From positions 59,956,001 to 60,020,000 of the forward strand of contig OZ076409.1 in assembly GCA_964187785.1 (NCBI GenBank): DNA of 64,000 nucleotides, given 5' to 3'. Every line of letters begins with the position of its first letter. Position 1 is the stretch's first letter. This DNA is from Amphiscolops sp. MND2022 (taxonomy: Eukaryota). The translations under genes were made by a program, and so were the position numbers. This document shows positions 1-9,720 of this stretch, one piece after another. A model generated the notes under the pieces. The model saw nothing but the letters and a program-made list of their open reading frames with translations. It did no database searches and had not been told where the DNA came from.

Positions 1-786
1 GAGACGAAATGGATCCAGGTCCTCACAAATGTAAACTAATGCAAATTTTCCAAAAAGCATAAAGGTTGTAATCGAGCTATTTGAGCAATGATTCAAATTT
101 AATGTAAGTGTTCATTTAGTTTTAAAAATTTCGAAAAAACTTTTCTTAGGGTTACAATGAAGTCTCAATGATTTTTTCCCGAAATTTTACAACAAGCCGG
201 GAACGGGATACGTCGGCTCAACAATAGCAAAAGGACCCTTTGACTACATTTAAAAATATCAAAAAAAAGTCGCAGATTGCCAAAAATCAAAAGGGGTACC
301 CTTTAGTCTCGTCCGGCATTGCAAGTTACGCTAGAAAGGAACACCTAATGTGATTTAGTTCCCTGTGCCAAATGGTTAGGTTTGGCTCTTTAAAAATTTG
401 CAGATTTTTGTAAGACTATTTTGATTTTGGTCAATTCTTAAATTAAAAAATGCACCTAGTATAGCGAAGCGCCGCCACTTGGTACGAAAATGCCGAAGAG
501 TGCACAACAAATACCCAAAAGCGTGACTTTAGTCTCAGAAAACCAGCTCTGTAGTCTTAACATCGAATATCTCAAATAATCGTAGCAATCCTCAAATAAA
601 AATTACAGTTCCGTAAAAATTCTCAGTGAATCGAAAAAAGCGAAGCCTCGCATCAGTCCCACAGTGTTGACTTTTAAGAGGTCGCCTTCAAGACTCTAAA
701 AGCAGTTTTCCTGAACCGAAAAAATGTTATTTAAGTCGCACTGTGACAAGAAATCCTACGCTGGAATGCTATGCTCGCAAAATGCT

Positions 787-1325
787 CCATGTTGAGCTTT
801 CTTTCGGAATCTGTACAGATATAAGAGCCTTTTTTCCTTGAGGATCTGTAAAGATTGTGCCACTGCCTCGGTAGGACAGGTGCAGATCTGCAAGGATCTT
901 TACAGATGTTCAAAGATATTCTGTAGAGATTTTTCAAGAAAATGTTTTGCGGATATTCTATGGACAATTTATTTGCATTTTTGACGCCTTCAACCAATTT
1001 AAGTATTTTAGAGCTGACAAAAGCTCAGTCAGTTGAACCTCTCCATCACTCAAAATTCTCCAGTACGAAAAGTTGTCCCCATCATGGCAATTTTAGTGTG
1101 TGTTTAGTTTTAGACAAATCCTGGAATATCTGTCAGGATTTGTACAGATCTGTACAGATTCGCACAGAATTGTTTTTGAAACTTCAATTAATAAGCATGT
1201 CTATTTTGCACTTTTTAATTACCTTTTTCAATTTCAAAACTGTATTTACGACTAGTTACTTTTCGACAAACATCTGTGGGGATCTGTACAAATCTGTACA
1301 GATTCGCAGGGAAAGCTCAACATGG
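787..1325. mobile_element. MITE-like element with terminal inverted repeats and internal (A/T)CTGTACAGAT motifs
   Basis: CCATGTTGAGCTTTC at 787 mirrors GAAAGCTCAACATGG ending 1325; an inverted homologous copy lies at ~25725-26482. Confidence 0.65.
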
Positions 1326-1460
1326 GCTGTGGTTCTGAAAACAAGATGGCGCCTTCGGTTGAAAAAGTCAGTAACAAAGCAACAAAGCACGCACTGTGTC
1401 AAAACTTCAAAATTGGAGAATTTTGTCTTTTTTGAAAGCATGAAAATCTTTTTGTTTATT

Positions 1461-1540
1461 GCAGGACTCGAACCCAGGTACACGCAGAGGAATACGTTCA
1501 CCTTCTACGAAAAATCGAGTTACCTCCAGCGCCAAGCGGC
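1461..1540 (-). repeat. Possible tRNA-derived SINE head (Pol III A/B boxes)
   Basis: Minus strand TGGCGCTGGAGG (A-box-like) followed ~45 nt later by GGTTCGAGTCC (B-box); no convincing cloverleaf. Confidence 0.3.
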
Positions 1541-1940
1541 AGCATATGAAAAAATGGAAATGAACTTATATAAATTATGGCAAAAACTGAAAAGGATAGA
1601 GAGAAAGCAAATTCCGCTGCTTGAACTTAGGTTTCGCGTTTCTTAAGAAAACGAAAAACAATTATTAAATCGTCGATTACGTTTTCGAACGTACTATGTG
1701 CTTTAAAGTTTCTAAGACGTACTTTCCAATTTTCGGTAATTTTATCAATTAATTTGATAAATACTTTCAGATATTTTTGAATTTCATTTATATTGACTTT
1801 GATGTTTCCTATACTTTGTAACAGATTTTGTAACTAATAGAGCAGCCATTGTAATTGAATACAATGACTGCTTTGTGATAAAAATATATCCCGAGAATCT
1901 TTGCCGAAAGCAAACAATTTCATTGATCATCCTTGTTTAC

Positions 1941-2138
1941 CTGTGCCGATGATTCGCATTTCACAGAAGCCCAAATGCACGGTTGGGTTTATCAACTGAA
2001 TTTCGTTGCCGAATAGGGGCCCATTTTGGCATTGAATGGTCACCCACTGGGCGGCGTCTGAGGAAGGAGGGGTGCCACACACTTTGCACTCTCCCCCTTT
2101 AACGCACACGCTGGCCTGGATAGTCGCCAACTTGTCGG
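1941..2138 (-). CDS. Exon 5 of secreted tandem F-type-lectin-like (FTP/discoidin-fold) protein; second half of domain 2
   Basis: ttttcag|CC GAC AAG...ATC GGC ACA G|gtaaac; ADKLATIQASVCVKGGECKVCG...HLGFCEMRIIGT, paralogous to exon 3 (same 198 nt). May instead read on to the stop at 1927. Confidence 0.8.
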
Positions 2139-2328
2139 CTGAAAACATGCAAAATGTTGAAAGAAACATGTAAAAACATACAAACAACATTCTAAAAGCG
2201 TGACATTGACAAAAGTGAAACGAAAAAGGGCAATTTTCTTATACAGAATGTAAAAAAGGAGCTTGCTCAAACAAACTGAACATATCGTTCGAATTGCGCT
2301 CTCCACACAGGTTTAGAACCTAACAATC

Positions 2329-3057
2329 TGTAACGATAAGCGCTGGCGCTTGAACCGCAACGTAGAGTGGAGGAACTAGAACAGCGAATATAATCTGGGA
2401 CCTAGATCTCCGCGGCCCTAGCTCATTTTCCCTCCGAAGGAGCCAGTCCCAAGGTGGGGGAACCGTCTTGTAGGACGCTCTCTGGCCTGGTCCTAGTCTG
2501 TAACTGCTAAAAGTAACAGGCATCTTGCAAGACTCAAGACCACTGCTCAACTAGCCTTTAAAAATTGGGCTGAAAATCGATGAAGGTTGAACCGTAATAT
2601 TGGAGAATCTGATAAAATCGCCAAATTGAATAAACAGATGTTAAACAACAGCTCTCGAGCATATTAATCTACCACATCGAAAAATACAACAAGAAATCAA
2701 GAGTTCAGAGTCATTTGATGAGAATTGACCTCAGGTTCCCAGCGCTAGCGCTAGTTGCCACACAGGATACCGCAGGGATACTCAGGCGAACATCTGGAAC
2801 ACTGGTTTCCTTTACTGTAGTAATGGATATCTCCTAGAGATTGACACAATACCGTGTTCTGTATGCGTTGGGGACGTCTTCGTAGTCGTCTCCGGTGCTT
2901 GTTCGTCGCGAGCGGCGATTTCTGCTTTTTGGGGTGCTTTTTCTGGCAGGTACTTCGTCTTGAGCATGTTTGAGTACCACGTCAAATTGGAACGAATTTT
3001 TGACAAAATTTTCTAAACATGTCGGTTGATGTTGCTGTACCAGAGCTTGCCGTTACA
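2329..3057 (-). repeat. 3' LTR (729 bp) of giant Gypsy element
   Basis: TGTAACG...CGTTACA; differs from 20450-21179 by 3 substitutions and one T indel (by eye). Confidence 0.97.
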
Positions 3058-3066
3058 TCACTCCCC
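3058..3066 (-). promoter_or_regulatory. Polypurine tract (GGGGAGTGA) abutting the 3' LTR
   Basis: Purine-rich run immediately 5' of TGTAAC on the minus strand. Confidence 0.75.
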
Positions 3067-3861
3067 AGGCTCCTGGCTTGTCGTCCCTGGCAAGCGGCGT
3101 CTGGATCGTCTGGGAACTGCATCACAGTGACTGCTGGGAACCATCATCCACACATCGGGGAACAAGGACGAGTCCTTGTTTTTCGGCAACAATTTTGGTC
3201 GACTTTGCAGTTTTTTTACGAGAGAAAAAAAAAGAACTTACTGCCTAGCTATTCGTACAAAACATGAACGAGGTTTTAGCACCAGCTCGAGAGCTACAGT
3301 TTTCAGCCGGTTAAAATTCGTTTGGGCAGTCAACTTGTGTAAAAACCTTTTTGCGACCAAAGTCAGCTAAAATTTCTTTTCCTTACCATTTGAGACTACA
3401 AATCTTCAGTTCATTTCAGGCGATTAAAAACTTTTTTAGAGCTTGGGGGCTCTTACGGTGAACAACCAGATTGATGAAGAACACTAGACTAGAAAGAAAC
3501 GCAATCAAGAGGGATAAGACTTCTTTTGATTGTGACAACTCAAAAACACCGCGAACGGTGCGCAACAAAAATGATAGTTTTTTTGAACAATAGTTTTCTT
3601 TTCTTTCTGCTTGGTCACTCAAGCCACTGGGGCAGGCGTACTCTATTGGCCGTACACCCAGTGCAACACTAATGGTACACTAATTATATAACCATAACTA
3701 AGAACAAAAATTGCACTTTGTACTGTAGCACCGTTCTGGATGAGAAGTTTTGAGGCACTGTTTGTTGGCAGTTTATGAGGGTATAGGGAGCGCGAACGCT
3801 CCCATTAGCGGCTGGGTTTATTGAGCTGAACTGCGTCGGGTCCGCTCTTTAGTGGCATCAT

Positions 3862-6800
3862 CTAGGTTCCGTTCTGGGTTATCAGTCGACACTGACGCTC
3901 GACGTCGGGGAGAAACTTCTGTGGTAACTGTTTCAGAGTCCGACGGACTTTCGGGAGCGACAACTCGGCAATAGGCTGCACTAGTGCTGCATTGGGAGTC
4001 AATTCGGCAGTGTGCTCTCCGGACTGCTGCTGCGAGGACTGAGGGCTCGTTCGCGACGAAGACGGGCCAACTGGGTCTGGCTCCAAGTTATGGGTTGGAA
4101 GGTTAATGGTGATCGGTTGAGAGATGGGCCGATCCAAAGACATCGCCATCGTTGGTGCGAGCATGGTAGGCGCGAACGCCTGTTGTCTCGCTATCTCTGC
4201 TATACCTTCTACCGCTAGTGCTACACGGCGTGAGATCCATCCAGATTGGCTCCAGAGCTCGCAAGCTCTCTTCCATTTAGGGAAGCTTGCAATCTCCAAC
4301 TCCAGACAGTACTCTTCCCATCTCGCTCGTTCTGTTGAGCCCAACACGGAATTTATCTCATCATGCTGGACGATGGACATATCTCCAGACATGGTCATCT
4401 TTCCCGTAGGCTTCCATGCCGACTTCCTGGGGAATGGGATAACGCGGGATTGGAGATTCCTCTGCCTGATCTGAGCAGCGCCTTCAATCCATCATGGGAT
4501 CTGGGCTGACTCCAAGTGTTGGATTTGGCGGTTGAACACCTCTGGGGAGCGTCCAACGGGTTTTGCCCTGGGCCAACCTAACGCCTCCTTCCAATAGCGG
4601 TTTGGGAAGGCGATGCATTTGAAGCAGTACAAAGGGTCCACAGGTGGACCAGCACTAGTGCTGGCGCGAATCGCCTTCCTCATGAACTCTTGACTCCAGG
4701 GGAACCTAAAGGGGACCCCTTCCAAACTGAGAGGTGCGGAATACCAGTTCACAGGTCCATGCTCTCGGGGTAGAGGACATGCTTTCCTGGTGCGCGCGCG
4801 CAGCAAGCCCATCAAGTTCTCCTCCAACTCTCTTTCGGATTTTATGGTCGTGTACCCATGCGGCACCTCACCACTCAGCACTGCATGTATTATCTTGGAT
4901 ACGTCAGTGAGGGCCGGCCCCGCAGGTAGGTACTAAAGGAGACCATGTGCACTTGGACGGCTGTTGCCAATGGTTTAGTTGGGTATCGGCACACGCCCAC
5001 TGCGCCAAAGATAGGGGCCAAGACAGGAGCCATTGCTGCCACAAAATCTTCTACTTCAGCCAGGGTGAGATCTGCAATCTGCTGCGGCATGGGGAATCCT
5101 GCCGTTTCCCGTGAGATCTGCTGGTCGGAGTTATGTAGTGGTTGGGATTGGTCTACGCCCACGAATAGGCCGGAGGCGAACACCAGGGTGGAGTATAGCC
5201 AGTGCTGGATTGACGCACGCCAGTTGGGCGGAATAGTCTTGCTGGTCTTTGGAAGTCATCAAGTGTCCCCAACGGGTCAGACTGCGTAGTTGTCCTTGTG
5301 CCAGGACCAAGTAGCTGTAGAACACGGTGAGGTCGCAGGCAATTACCATGTCGGCTAACAAGGCCAGTGGTCCGGCTACAAACTTGGTTGGGCCCATCGC
5401 TAGCGCGAGCGCTAGTATTTCTCCGACGGTTGCCTCTCCAATTGTTTCTAACAGCTTGTCCGTTTGCGTAGAGGTCAGCGAGAACTCAGAAGTTAGTACC
5501 TCTAGGTTCCATCCTAGAACAAGACTGGTACAGAAGGCTTCCAATGGACAATTGAGCTCTCGAGCTACTTCTGCCAGAGTTCTGGTGGCAAACCTAGTCT
5601 GGTACCAATAAGCATAAGTTGTGGCTGCGGCGTCGACTTCTGCTTTCAGGTTTGTTGCTTCCATTGCTACGATACACCGCAGCCCTACAGGCAGCTTCAC
5701 GGGCTCGATTCCCGAGGCGAAGTGGATCTGAGGAATTGTTCTCTCGACGGTGCGCGCTGCAGGCCATGCACCAATTTGTTTTGTCAGGTCGGCTAATTCT
5801 GCGCGCACTGGGATTTCTTTATCTCTCTCGTTCGGTTACATTAGATTCTCGGGCAATGCGGTTGCCGTCAAGGTCAAAGGCCAGTCTGCCCATCCGCATT
5901 CCATAATCATAGAGGATAGCATCGTCAATGGTTAGCTGGGCGTTTCCCGAGCGTTCTATAGCCACAAGCGCTCTAGATACGGCGGCAAAGAAGGCTGGAT
6001 ACGATAAGGTATCTGGGCGCAGGTCCTCTCGGTCCACGCGCAAGTTCGGTGCACAGATGGCGAATTCGACTCTGCGCGCCTTGCACACCTCCAGCAGAAT
6101 GTAGACGAACTGCTGCAGACTTCGTGGCCAATACATGAATCCTGGTGGGGATACAAAGAGCGCGAGCGCTCCCAGACGACCCCGAAGGATCCCTGCGGCA
6201 CGTTCCATTGCACCGACCACCTCATTTACCAGGGCGGCAATGTCTCCAAGTCGTCGGACATTGGACATTATGGCGTCCAGGTCATGCAGCAATCCTTCAC
6301 AAGCCATGTGATCCAGAAGATTGGCAAAGATCACTCGCTGTGGGGGTGGTTCCTTTTGTGATCCTCTTAAGTTTGGATCGTATATGGCTCCAACCATCTC
6401 AGCGACCTCAGCGAAGCGAGACAGGGGCATAGTTAGCACCAGCACGTCAGGCATTAAATTGTCAATAGGGAGGTCACTTCGGCAAGTAGAATCAACTGCC
6501 ATGCAGTAGCGCGCACGCTGCAGAGCTGCTTTCAATAGGGGTTTCAAAGATCTCAGGTTGCGAGCGTAACGGGCGTTCGCCTCCCATGTCTCACCTTCTC
6601 GCAACACATACCGTGCGGGGAATTGCTCAGTGATATTGTGTTGCCGGGGCGCCATGTAATCGTTGGTTGTCATAGGCAGCTGCTCTCGAGCACGCTGTTC
6701 CCAAGCCTGCTCCGACATGTCTGCGTCACGGGGGGCGGAGCGAACGCGTGACTTACGCCGGTATCGTGGTCCGGTTGATCTCCTTTTGCTCCGTTTCAGT

Positions 6801-8070
6801 TGGAGGGGTCCTTTTCTTGATAGCGCATTGACTGGGGTAGAGATGCTCAGCCGCCATCCAAAAGCGTTTGCTATCATTGGTGACTACTGAGCCGGATACG
6901 TCGTCAGATGGAGGGAGAAAGGCTGGAGGATGGGCTTCCTCCACCGTCTCAGGTATCTCCAGGGACATATCTATTGGATTGGTACCCGAGGGCACAGAGC
7001 TCACTTCCGAGCCTGCATCCGGATCTCCATACTGTTCGATCGCGTCTGCTAAAGACATTTGAGGTGCGCTTCGGCCTAGATGACCTACCCGGTACGGGGG
7101 CCTAGGGATGACCACACTCTTCAGCTGGGGCCGAGGTACATCAGCGCGCTTGCCGGGAGGGGGACGACTAGTTGGGCTCTCGGTTACCGAGCCAGCTGGG
7201 GTAACTGAGAAGTTTCTTCAGTTAGCCGCTTTCTCCCCGCTTCTTCTCGTGTGCCAGAGGCAGCGCTTGCGCTGTTACTCGGTCCAGCGACAATTTCCAT
7301 ATCCATAGATGCCGTTTCGACTAGGGGAGCAGGAGGGTCACAGCCCGCGGGCTGAGCAGCAGCTTGCAGATACGTGGCTAATCCAGGGATTCTCTGCTCC
7401 ACGGCACGGACGAAATCGGTGGAGTTGGGATAGTTCGCCACTGCTTGCAAGGCCACAAGTACTGTTCGCTGGTACTCCTTCCCGTCAGCTCTGGGTTGGG
7501 TATGGGTGGTAACCGGGACCCCGAGGGCTCCCGATCAGAGACTGGTGCATTAGTAGTGGTTTGCAGTACCATGTGTGGCGCTCGATATGAGGTTCCAAAG
7601 GCAGGCGAACCGGAATAAGTTGGTACTGGATTTGGCGCTGGTGGGGGCAGTGCGACCATCTGAGGAGGAGGCATTGTTGCTACGCTGGCAGGCACCATAC
7701 ACAGTGAGGCTTCTTGCTCGAACCTCGTGCCCTGGCTGGGCCCGAGCATTGTGGTAGAACGTTCATCCAGGAACTGGTGCGTCAGATCGTGGCCATCCCA
7801 CGCATTGTTTTGGCAGGTTAGGGTGCGACGGTAACCGGCTACTTCCGTCACCAGAGACACGGATACGCCAGGCAGCGTCTGCATTGTGTCTAGTTGGGTG
7901 AGTAGGGCGGCCACGCCCGCTACCGCTAACGGTGAGAGGCCGTTCCTCAATCGCTCTTCTACGTATTGGACTTGATTAGTCCTCTGCGCTCGCGCAGGCA
8001 ATTCCTGAGTCCTATTGGCGTGAGGTCCCGTCGTGGAAATAGGTACCGTGTTGTTGGGGTAATAAGCCAT
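3862..8070 (-). pseudogene. Accessory ORF2 of giant element (~1,400 codons, disrupted): Pro/Ser/Thr-rich N-terminus, SGNH/GDSL-like domain, unknown helical C-terminal region
   Basis: Consecutive same-strand ORF pieces 7378-8070, 7184-7456, 6753-7115, 5819-6877, 5131-5808, 4890-5183, 4492-4881, 3862-4398 tile the region and join by frameshifts or an in-frame stop (4492). Confidence 0.8.
5954..6514 (-). CDS. Degenerate SGNH/GDSL hydrolase-like domain within ORF2
   Basis: Block order YCMAVDS (GDS-like), VLTMPLS (PG-like), VIFANLLDH (GxND-like), ALFVSPPG, EDLRP..SYPAFFAAV (DxxHP-like, His->Arg). Confidence 0.55.
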
Positions 8071-8082
8071 TATATCATAGGT

Positions 8083-8103
8083 CTAAAAAGGATTACCGTT
8101 AGG
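8083..8103 (-). promoter_or_regulatory. Putative branch point and splice acceptor upstream of ORF2
   Basis: Minus strand CCTAAC-ggtaatc-CTTTTTAG| 12 nt before the ORF2 ATG at 8070. Confidence 0.5.
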
Positions 8104-8361
8104 CTTACCAAGTGCATTGTGGGGAGAGCTTAAGGCTCATCACTCAGCAGCAATAGTACAAAGATGGTTCCATAGGGGAACCGCAACAAGTTTAAATTGT
8201 AGTTCAACTAACTAATTAGAACACAAAGATAGAAGTTATCTAACGCTACGTTACAATGTAATCATTTCATGGGATGGTTTAACACTTCCTCCCAGGTATA
8301 ACGATTATCGGGGTGGGTAAATTAAATAAAGGGGGGGGCAACAAAAAGAGTTTTGGGCGGG

Positions 8362-9720
8362 CTACTCCAGCCCAATGTTCAGGAAGGACACATACACGCG
8401 GTTATGCAGCACTACGTGAATGCCAGTGCCCTCCAGCAAATTCGTTAGGGTATGGTATAAGTTTACCAATAAGAGGGCGGGTCGCTCTGGATCCAGTATA
8501 GGTAGGTGGACCCTCGTGGATCCCTTCTCCATCAAACGCCGTATCAAGTGCGTCATACAACGTAGGTAGTCGTCTGCGAGCAGCGGCGCACGCTGGTTTG
8601 CTCTGATTATTAGCAAGTGAATACTCTGACTGGGGTTTGGGTTGATATCGGGAGGAATGGTGAGAATCTCCCCCACCTTAGGACGTAAGGAGAATACGTT
8701 CTCCTTACCGCATTCTCGTAGCACGTACCGTAGGGCAGCTGAGTTGGTCTCTAGGTCAGCGGGACACGCTAACACCATATCACCTTTTACTTGAAGAAAA
8801 TCAGTCACATCATATGAGAGGTGCTCTGTTGGGGCTGGATGCAGGATTCCCGGGTAGACAATCTCTCTCCCCGGCCCATTGTTGGCAGGCAAGCATACGC
8901 GGGGCGTACGCCCCTGGATTGCAGCCAGGTCTTGCCATACCGAGCGTGGCATCGCTCGGTTATCACTGCCCGCCCTAACCCATGTGTCTAGGGTGCTCAA
9001 AACGGCTTTCGGAGGAAGCGGAATCTCGAAAGTATGAGTCCACTCGTCCAGCAATCTAATGCGAGGATAATTGGGGAAACAAGTGATGATCAGCTCCAAC
9101 CACCACGCGAATTTCACTTTGCCACGATACCAGTCTATGATGTGGAAGCAAAGTATCAAGTCCGCGGTAGTGAGGGTCCTCAGACCTTCCAAGCAGGACA
9201 GCAGGTGCAATGGTTCCACTATTGCCTCCACTCGTGGAGCAGTGACCAACAACCACCAGTGCGGCGCTGGGCTGTATACTCCGCCCGGATCCACGTGAAT
9301 TCCGTATTTGTCACAGAGAAGATCAGCGGTGATGCATCGGACCATTTGCACAGGCTCCCGCTCGAAGTTGAAGGGTCCAAAAGCAATATTGCTGGGTACT
9401 GGGGGCATCACCGTTGCGAGGGTGAACTCTAACCCTTTCCCGTCGCTAGTCCACTCCTTGAATCGAGGACATGGGGCCTTCGCTACTCCAGGTAGTGATA
9501 ACTTCTCCAGGGTAGTATCCACGGGATGGTCTCCGTGTCGTTCCAGGGAGGAATAAGTCTTTTCAGCTCTCACCGTAAGGCGATGTACTAGATTTTCTCC
9601 CCGCTCTGGAGGGACTCCCCGGGCTCCAGTGGGAACCCTCCGGTTCTCATTGACGGCTAGCAAGCAAACACAGTCTCGCAGCCCACAGGTCCCGCACTTA
9701 TAGCGTGGCTGCCGTCTGCT
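8362..9720 (-). CDS. C-terminal extension of Pol: Cys cluster plus two tandem degenerate TARG1/OARD1-like macrodomains
   Basis: Frame continues RYQL[R]SRRQPRYKCGTCGLRDCVC-LLAVNEN after restoring 1 nt at ~9722; repeats at ~9046-9393 and ~8401-8823 align by eye to the TARG1 pattern. Confidence 0.65.
   Translation of the reverse strand, partial: SRRQPRYKCGTCGLRDCVCLLAVNENRRVPTGARGVPPERGENLVHRLTVRAEKTYSSLERHGDHPVDTTLEKLSLPGVAKAPCPRFKEWTSDGKGLEFTLATVMPPVPSNIAFGPFNFEREPVQMVRCITADLLCDKYGIHVDPGGVYSPAPHWWLLVTAPRVEAIVEPLHLLSCLEGLRTLTTADLILCFHIIDWYRGKVKFAWWLELIITCFPNYPRIRLLDEWTHTFEIPLPPKAVLSTLDTWVRAGSDNRAMPRSVWQDLAAIQGRTPRVCLPANNGPGREIVYPGILHPAPTEHLSYDVTDFLQVKGDMVLACPADLETNSAALRYVLRECGKENVFSLRPKVGEILTIPPDINPNPSQSIHLLIIRANQRAPLLADDYLRCMTHLIRRLMEKGSTRVHLPILDPERPALLLVNLYHTLTNLLEGTGIHVVLHNRVYVSFLNIGLE

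Noticed and set aside
942..1646. 234-aa ORF
   Set aside because: Runs through a MITE and SINE-like DNA; no protein-like features
3862..8070. ORF2 as a true env gene
   Set aside because: No signal peptide, no recognisable furin site plus fusion peptide, no C-terminal transmembrane anchor
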